Shown: positions 57,930 to 63,905 of the stretch, in pieces
Layout: each line of letters begins with the position of its first letter
Position numbering within the stretch: position 1 is the first letter of the stretch
From: an uncultured Haemophilus sp.
Lineage (GTDB): Bacteria; Pseudomonadota; Gammaproteobacteria; Enterobacterales; Pasteurellaceae
Assembly (NCBI RefSeq): GCF_905207935.1
Contig: NZ_CAJLNI010000001.1
Span: 1-63,905, forward strand
Length of the DNA stretch: 63,905 nucleotides
Direction of reading: 5' to 3'
Translations under genes and position numbers: made by a program
The notes under the pieces: generated by a model
What the model saw: only the letters and a program-made list of their open reading frames with translations
Databases searched by the model: none
Told to the model about the DNA's origin: nothing

Positions 57930-60900
57930 ATGTCACATAATCAAACCGAATTACTGAAAAAATCCCTCGCTAAACGTATCCTCATTTTAGATGGGGCGAT
58001 GGGAACGATGATCCAAAAATATAAACTCACTGAAGCTGATTTTAGAGGCGAGCGTTTTAAAGAAAGTGCGGTTGATTTACGTGGCAATAATGACTTGCTC
58101 ACATTAACCCAACCCCTGTTAATTTCTGCCATTCATGAGAAATATTTAGCCGCAGGCGCCGATATTATTGAAACCAATACCTTTAGCTCTACCACCATTG
58201 CGCAAGCGGATTATGATTTACAGTCTATTGCCTACGAACTGAATTTTGCAGGGGCAAAACTAGCGCGTTTAGCCGCAGATAAATACAGCACACCAGAAAA
58301 ACCTCGCATTGTCGCGGGTGTATTAGGGCCAACCAACCGTACGGCCTCTATTTCTCCCGATGTAAACGATCCAGGTTTCCGTAACGTCACCTTTATGGAA
58401 TTGGTGGATGCCTATTCAGAAGCCACGCGCGGCTTAATCAAAGGCGGTGCCGATTTAATTATGATCGAAACCATCTTCGACACGCTAAATGCCAAAGCGG
58501 CAATTTTCGCCATCGAAACCGTGTTTGAAGAATTAGGCGTGGAATTGCCAATTATGATTTCTGGCACCATTACCGATGCTTCAGGCCGTACGCTTTCAGG
58601 TCAAACCACTGAAGCGTTCTATAACTCGCTTCGTCACGCTAAACCGCTGACATTCGGTTTGAACTGTGCATTAGGCCCGAAAGAACTTCGCCAATATGTA
58701 GAACAACTGTCTAAAATCAGCGAAACCTATGTGTCTGTTCACCCAAATGCAGGCTTACCAAATGCCTTTGGTGGCTATGATTTAGGTGCAGAAGAGATGG
58801 CCGCACACCTTAAAGAATGGGCTGAAAGTGGCTTTGTAAACATTGTCGGTGGTTGTTGTGGTACAACGCCAGAGCATATCAAAGCCTTTGCCGATGCAAT
58901 GCAAGGTATTGCACCGCGTAAATTGCCTGAAATTAAAACTGCGATGCGTTTATCAGGCTTAGAACCACTCAATATTGATGATGAAAGCCTATTCGTGAAC
59001 GTAGGTGAACGTAATAACGTGACAGGTTCGGCAAAATTCAAACGCTTAATTAAAGAAGATAAATTTGCCGAAGCCATTGAAATTGCTATCGACCAAGTGG
59101 AGAACGGTGCACAAGTGATCGACATCAATATGGACGAAGCCTTATTAGACAGCAAAAAATGCATGACCCGTTTCCTCAACATTATGGCAACCGAACCGGA
59201 TGCGGCAAAAGTGCCAGTCATGATCGACTCATCTAAATGGGAAGTGATTGAGGCAGGTTTACAATCAGTACAAGGTAAGCCGATTGTGAACTCAATCTCA
59301 TTAAAAGAAGGCGAAGAAATCTTTATCGAGCACGCTAAACTGGTGCGTAAATACGGTGCAGCTGTGGTGGTGATGGCGTTTGACGAAGTAGGGCAAGCCG
59401 ATACCGAAGATCGCAAAGTCGAAATTTGTAGCCGTGCTTATGACATTTTGGTGAATCAAGTCGGCTTTCCACCAGAAGACATTATTTTCGACCCGAATAT
59501 TTTTGCCATCGGTACAGGGATTGAAGAACACAACAACTACGGTGTGGATTTCATCAATGCTACTGGCCGCATTAAACGTGCCCTGCCACACGCGAAAATC
59601 TCAGGCGGGGTATCGAATGTGTCTTTCTCATTCCGTGGTAATAACGTGATGCGTGAAGCGATTCACGCGGTCTTCCTCTATCACGCCATTAAGCAAGGTA
59701 TGGATATGGGGATTGTAAATGCAGGACAACTTGCGATTTATGACGATCTCGATCCTGAATTACGTGAAATTGTGGAAGATGCGGTATTAAACCGCCGCCC
59801 AGATGCCACCGAAAAACTACTCGATATTGCAGAAAAATATCGTAACCAAGGCAACGATGAAAGTGCGGTTGATTCTGTCGCAGAATGGCGCACTTGGCCA
59901 GTGGAAGAACGTTTAAAACACGCGCTGGTGAAAGGGATTACCACTTACATTGTGGAAGATACCGAAGAAGCTCGCCAAACATTGCCAAGTCCATTAGATG
60001 TGATTGAAGGCCCGTTGATGGCGGGCATGGATGTCGTCGGCGATTTATTCGGTGACGGTAAAATGTTCCTGCCACAAGTGGTGAAATCTGCGCGCGTGAT
60101 GAAACAATCTGTGGCGTATTTAGAGCCGTTTATCAATGCCACCAAACAAAAAGGTTCAAGCAACGGTAAAGTGGTGATTGCAACCGTAAAAGGCGACGTA
60201 CACGACATCGGTAAAAACATCGTGAGCGTGGTGATGCAATGTAATAACTTTGAAGTGATTGACTTGGGCGTCATGGTGCCTGCGGACAAAATCATTCAAA
60301 CCGCTATTGATGAAAAAGCGGACATCATCGCTTTAAGTGGTTTGATTACCCCTTCTTTAGATGAGATGGAATACTTCTTAGGTGAAATGACTCGCTTAGG
60401 CTTAAACCTGCCTGTGATGATTGGCGGGGCGACCACCTCTAAAGAACATACAGCCATTAAACTTTATCCAAAATATAAAGAACACGGCGTATTCTATACT
60501 TCCAACGCCTCCCGTGCGGTGACTGTGTGTGCGACCTTGATGAACCCTGAAAGCCGTGCGGCATTGTGGGAACAATTTAAGAAAGATTACGAGAAAATCC
60601 AACAATCTTTCTCTAACCGTAAACCACTTCGTAAGCAACTGAGCATTGAAGAAGCTCGTGCAAACCGCTTTGATGGCTTTAGTGGAGAATGGGCTGATTA
60701 TGTGCCACCAAAACCAAATCAAACGGGCATTGTGGAATTTAAAAACGTACCGATTGCCAAACTGCGTAAATTTATCGACTGGTCGCCATTCTTCCGCATT
60801 TGGGGCTTGATGGGCGGCTACCCTGATGCCTTTGATTATCCAGAAGGCGGTGAAGAAGCACGCAAAGTTTGGAATGATGCGCAAATGGTTTTAGATGAAT

Positions 60901-61622
60901 TAGAGCAAAACCACAAACTCAACCCAAGCGGTATTTTAGGTATCTTCCCTGCAGAACGTGTAGGCGATGATGTGGTGCTTTTCGCTGATGAAGAACGCAC
61001 GCAAACCATTGGCACGGCTTACGGCTTACGCCAACAAACCGAACGGGGCAAAAATAGCAAAAGTCCGTTTAACTTTGCCCTAAGTGACTTTATTGCCGAT
61101 CGCGAAAGCGGCAAAAAAGACTGGATGGGCATGTTCGCCGTCTGTGCAGGTATTGAAGAAATGGAATTAGTGGAAGGCTATAAAGCGGCAGGCGACGACT
61201 ACAACGCTATCTTGCTACAAGCCGTAGGCGATCGCCTCGCCGAAGCCATGGCAGAATACCTGCACTTTGAGCTACGCACCCGCATTTGGGGCTATACGCA
61301 AGAGGAATTCAACAATCAAGGTTTAATCAATGAAAACTATGTCGGCATCCGCCCTGCACCAGGCTATCCAAGCTGCCCTGAGCATACCGAAAAAGCTTTA
61401 ATTTGGGATTTATTAGAAGTAGAACAACGCATCGGCATGAAACTCACCGAAAGCTACGCCATGTGGCCGGCGGCTTCCGTCTGCGGTTGGTACTTCACCC
61501 ACCCTGCAAGTAACTATTTCACTTTAGGTCGCATTGATGAAGACCAAGCTCAAGATTATGCCAAACGTAAAGGTTGGGATGAGAGAGAGATGATGAAATG
61601 GTTGGGTGTGGCGATGAAGTAA
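57930..61622 (+). CDS. metH: Cobalamin-dependent methionine synthase
   Basis: DGAMGT, GGCCGT, pterin-binding domain, DVHDIG B12 motif, RPAPGYP AdoMet domain. Confidence 0.97.
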   Translation: MSHNQTELLKKSLAKRILILDGAMGTMIQKYKLTEADFRGERFKESAVDLRGNNDLLTLTQPLLISAIHEKYLAAGADIIETNTFSSTTIAQADYDLQSIAYELNFAGAKLARLAADKYSTPEKPRIVAGVLGPTNRTASISPDVNDPGFRNVTFMELVDAYSEATRGLIKGGADLIMIETIFDTLNAKAAIFAIETVFEELGVELPIMISGTITDASGRTLSGQTTEAFYNSLRHAKPLTFGLNCALGPKELRQYVEQLSKISETYVSVHPNAGLPNAFGGYDLGAEEMAAHLKEWAESGFVNIVGGCCGTTPEHIKAFADAMQGIAPRKLPEIKTAMRLSGLEPLNIDDESLFVNVGERNNVTGSAKFKRLIKEDKFAEAIEIAIDQVENGAQVIDINMDEALLDSKKCMTRFLNIMATEPDAAKVPVMIDSSKWEVIEAGLQSVQGKPIVNSISLKEGEEIFIEHAKLVRKYGAAVVVMAFDEVGQADTEDRKVEICSRAYDILVNQVGFPPEDIIFDPNIFAIGTGIEEHNNYGVDFINATGRIKRALPHAKISGGVSNVSFSFRGNNVMREAIHAVFLYHAIKQGMDMGIVNAGQLAIYDDLDPELREIVEDAVLNRRPDATEKLLDIAEKYRNQGNDESAVDSVAEWRTWPVEERLKHALVKGITTYIVEDTEEARQTLPSPLDVIEGPLMAGMDVVGDLFGDGKMFLPQVVKSARVMKQSVAYLEPFINATKQKGSSNGKVVIATVKGDVHDIGKNIVSVVMQCNNFEVIDLGVMVPADKIIQTAIDEKADIIALSGLITPSLDEMEYFLGEMTRLGLNLPVMIGGATTSKEHTAIKLYPKYKEHGVFYTSNASRAVTVCATLMNPESRAALWEQFKKDYEKIQQSFSNRKPLRKQLSIEEARANRFDGFSGEWADYVPPKPNQTGIVEFKNVPIAKLRKFIDWSPFFRIWGLMGGYPDAFDYPEGGEEARKVWNDAQMVLDELEQNHKLNPSGILGIFPAERVGDDVVLFADEERTQTIGTAYGLRQQTERGKNSKSPFNFALSDFIADRESGKKDWMGMFAVCAGIEEMELVEGYKAAGDDYNAILLQAVGDRLAEAMAEYLHFELRTRIWGYTQEEFNNQGLINENYVGIRPAPGYPSCPEHTEKALIWDLLEVEQRIGMKLTESYAMWPAASVCGWYFTHPASNYFTLGRIDEDQAQDYAKRKGWDEREMMKWLGVAMK

Positions 61623-61671
61623 AATTATTACAATTAATTTTAGGTTTGCTATTTTATAATAGGAATCAATA

Positions 61672-63444
61672 ATGAATAAACATATTGAAAAATATTTAGA
61701 TCTTTATTTAAAAAGAGAAAATGTTGAATACGCAACTCTCTTAACTGGGAAATGGGGCTGCGGTAAAACATATTTTATAAAAAATTACATAGAAAAAAAG
61801 TCTGAAGAGAAGAAATATAAATTTATTTATATAAGTTTATTTGGATTAAAAGATATCCAATCAGTAAATGATGCTATTTTTGAAGAATTACACCCAGTTC
61901 TTTCTCATAAAGGAGTAAAATTTTTAGGAGGCGTACTGAAATCCGCAATTAAATTAGGGTTTAAATTTGATCTAGCAGGAGATAAAAACGAGGAAACAAG
62001 TGTAAATATTGATTTTACTAAACTAAATCCATTTGACAATAACAATACCGAATATAAAAATCTAATCTTTATATTTGATGATCTTGAAAGAACATTAATT
62101 TCAACTACAGAAATATTAGGTTTTATAAATTCAATCTGCGAGAATGAAAATGTGAAAACAATTATCATCGCAAATGAAGATGAAATTGATAAAAACAATG
62201 AAATATATAAAAGATTCAAAGAAAAAGTTATAGGTAAATCCTTTACTATTTATAATGATAACGAAAGTTATTGGAAGTCATTTGAGGAAAAATATTCCTC
62301 ACAGTTAAAAAAACCTGAAATAATTATAAATATCATCCAATCGACATTTGAAAGATCTGGAAATAAAAACTATAGAAATCTAATTCAGACAACTGATGAT
62401 TACATTGATTTTACTAAAAAAATAAAATCTGATTATCTAGATAACGATGAATTTATTGAAAGCCTATCAGAACAATTCTATACACTATCACTAGAATATA
62501 AAAAAGAGCATAATATAGATTCCGTCTTACAGTCATTAAAACAAGATGACTCAGGATTTTATTATAGCCTCATTTTCGATACAGATATTTGGAAGATGAT
62601 TATTACTAGTTGCTATAATTCTTATGATGAACTAAATGAATTGATATCCTCACTTCCAATATTTAATAGGAAAGAAGATGAATCTTGGCAAAAATTATGG
62701 CACTACAGAGAGATGAATAGGTATGAATTTTATACTAACCTTGAAGATGTAAAGAATAAATTTATTTCAATAGAATATCAGAATATAGGTATTCTTATGC
62801 ATGCTGTTAGTATGTTAGTATTTTTCATTAAGAAAAATTTATGTAGAAATATATCAATTGATGAAATAGAACAAACACTCTCAAAATACCTAGATAAATA
62901 CAAAGAAACTTCTTCATTTCCAGATCTTAGATTTTTTAGGCTTAATACTACAGGCTTGGGATATATCAATGAAGAAGATGACGATTTCATAAGAATAAGA
63001 TCAGAATTTTATAAGAAGATAAATGAACAACAATTTATTTTAGAAAATAAAAAGACTATTGATGATTTTTATAAATTATTACCATTTATAAAAATTGCAG
63101 ACTGGAGTAATACGTATAGCAACTATGAAAAATACGAGTGCAAAGTTTTTCTGACTGAAGAAAATGTTAATCAAGTTATGGAAGTGTTAATTGATGATAG
63201 TAATAATTATAATGGGTTATATAATTTTTGTTATTTTCTTGATGAAAGATATAAAACAAATCGTAGTATTAATGAAATAACATTAGCAGAATATTTGAAA
63301 GCTGAAGAAAGTTTTATTGATAAGTTTATAGCTTGTTTAACTAATAGATATAATTCAAAAGAGCTTGATCCATTTGATAAATTTAAATTAGATGAAATTT
63401 TAAATATGCTAAGGCTAAAAAAAGAAAGATTCAAAGTTCATTAG
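61672..63444 (+). CDS. KAP-family-like P-loop NTPase with an uncharacterised C-terminal region
   Basis: Walker A LTGKWGCGKT, YISLFG, Walker B IFIFDDLER, IIIANE, FKEKVI; AGGA RBS; sampled lines are 18-28% GC. Confidence 0.8.
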   Translation: MNKHIEKYLDLYLKRENVEYATLLTGKWGCGKTYFIKNYIEKKSEEKKYKFIYISLFGLKDIQSVNDAIFEELHPVLSHKGVKFLGGVLKSAIKLGFKFDLAGDKNEETSVNIDFTKLNPFDNNNTEYKNLIFIFDDLERTLISTTEILGFINSICENENVKTIIIANEDEIDKNNEIYKRFKEKVIGKSFTIYNDNESYWKSFEEKYSSQLKKPEIIINIIQSTFERSGNKNYRNLIQTTDDYIDFTKKIKSDYLDNDEFIESLSEQFYTLSLEYKKEHNIDSVLQSLKQDDSGFYYSLIFDTDIWKMIITSCYNSYDELNELISSLPIFNRKEDESWQKLWHYREMNRYEFYTNLEDVKNKFISIEYQNIGILMHAVSMLVFFIKKNLCRNISIDEIEQTLSKYLDKYKETSSFPDLRFFRLNTTGLGYINEEDDDFIRIRSEFYKKINEQQFILENKKTIDDFYKLLPFIKIADWSNTYSNYEKYECKVFLTEENVNQVMEVLIDDSNNYNGLYNFCYFLDERYKTNRSINEITLAEYLKAEESFIDKFIACLTNRYNSKELDPFDKFKLDEILNMLRLKKERFKVH

Positions 63445-63454
63445 TCTCCCCCAT

Positions 63455-63648
63455 GATAGCGCAAGCATCCTCGCTTGTACCTCTTAGCTAAAAGTGCAGT
63501 CATAAAATCCAAAGGATTTTGAATATTGGTTCTGCCGGCGGTTATGGGTAAAATTCATAATGTTTTTATTAAGTAGCACTAGCGTGGAGGCTGGCGCTAT
63601 CTTTCTTTATTAGCACAATCTGTTGACGCACGCTTCCTAGCGTGCGCC
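63455..63648. repeat. REP/REPIN-like cluster of three related palindromes
   Basis: GATAGCGCAAGCATCCTCGCTTGTAC (63455); inverted GATAGCGCCAGCCTCCACGCTAGTGC (ends 63601); GACGCACGCTTCCTAGCGTGCGCC (63625-63648). Confidence 0.65.
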
Positions 63649-63767
63649 TAACTTCAATAAAAAACACCTCAAAAATCAACTGCACTTTATCCTTTCTATA
63701 TTGCACAATCCCCAATTTCCGCTATCATACTCCCTTTCTCATTCACTCTACTCTCGGAACTTTATCA

Positions 63768-63905
63768 ATGAATAAATTCAAAATAGCATTACTCACGGCT
63801 GCATTCGTAGGGTTGTTTGCTTGTACAACAACACAACAACCAAAGAAAACCGTTAAAACACGATACCTTAAAAATAACATTAGCCAAGCGGAATTAAACA
63901 ATCCG
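63768..63905 (+). CDS. Putative lipoprotein, truncated by the window edge
   Basis: MNKFKIALLTAAFVGLFAC-TTTQQP, lipobox LFAC; open to the end of the window. Confidence 0.7.
   Translation, partial: MNKFKIALLTAAFVGLFACTTTQQPKKTVKTRYLKNNISQAELNNP

Noticed and set aside
58775..60884. Long antisense ORFs in metH (213, 116 and 160 aa) and similar ones in leuC, acrB and tsf
   Set aside because: Shadow frames of conserved genes with no recognisable motifs
61137..61146. Neisseria DUS-like GCCGTCTG in metH
   Set aside because: Only an 8/10 match, single copy, explained by coding sequence
63455..63648. CRISPR array
   Set aside because: Units are inverted and divergent, spacing is irregular, and no cas genes are present

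Overview
Chromosomal window from a Pasteurellaceae bacterium. About 50 copies (counted by eye) of the Haemophilus-type DNA uptake sequence AAGTGCGGT, plus intact metH and gss, suggest Haemophilus parainfluenzae or a close relative (inference). Most of the window is core genome: aspA; the rpsB-tsf-pyrH-frr-dxr-uppS-cdsA-rseP-bamA-skp-lpxD-fabZ-lpxA-lpxB-rnhB cluster; mtr; acrRAB; priA-ftsN; trmB-yggL; napFDAGHBC; gss; pssA-psd-fklB; proB/folA; pfkA; dprA-yaaA; leuABCD with an attenuator; and metH. The best candidate for an undescribed system is a lone, very AT-rich KAP-family P-loop NTPase gene with no uptake sequence, lying directly after metH and followed by a REP/REPIN-like repeat cluster (putative single-gene anti-phage cassette). 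Other notable points: Ser at FolA position 154 (a known trimethoprim-resistance site), a frameshifted DJ-1/PfpI gene, a second composite palindromic element between leuA and leuB, and uptake sequences reused as terminator and attenuator stems. No rRNA, tRNA, CRISPR array, transposase or integrase was recognised.
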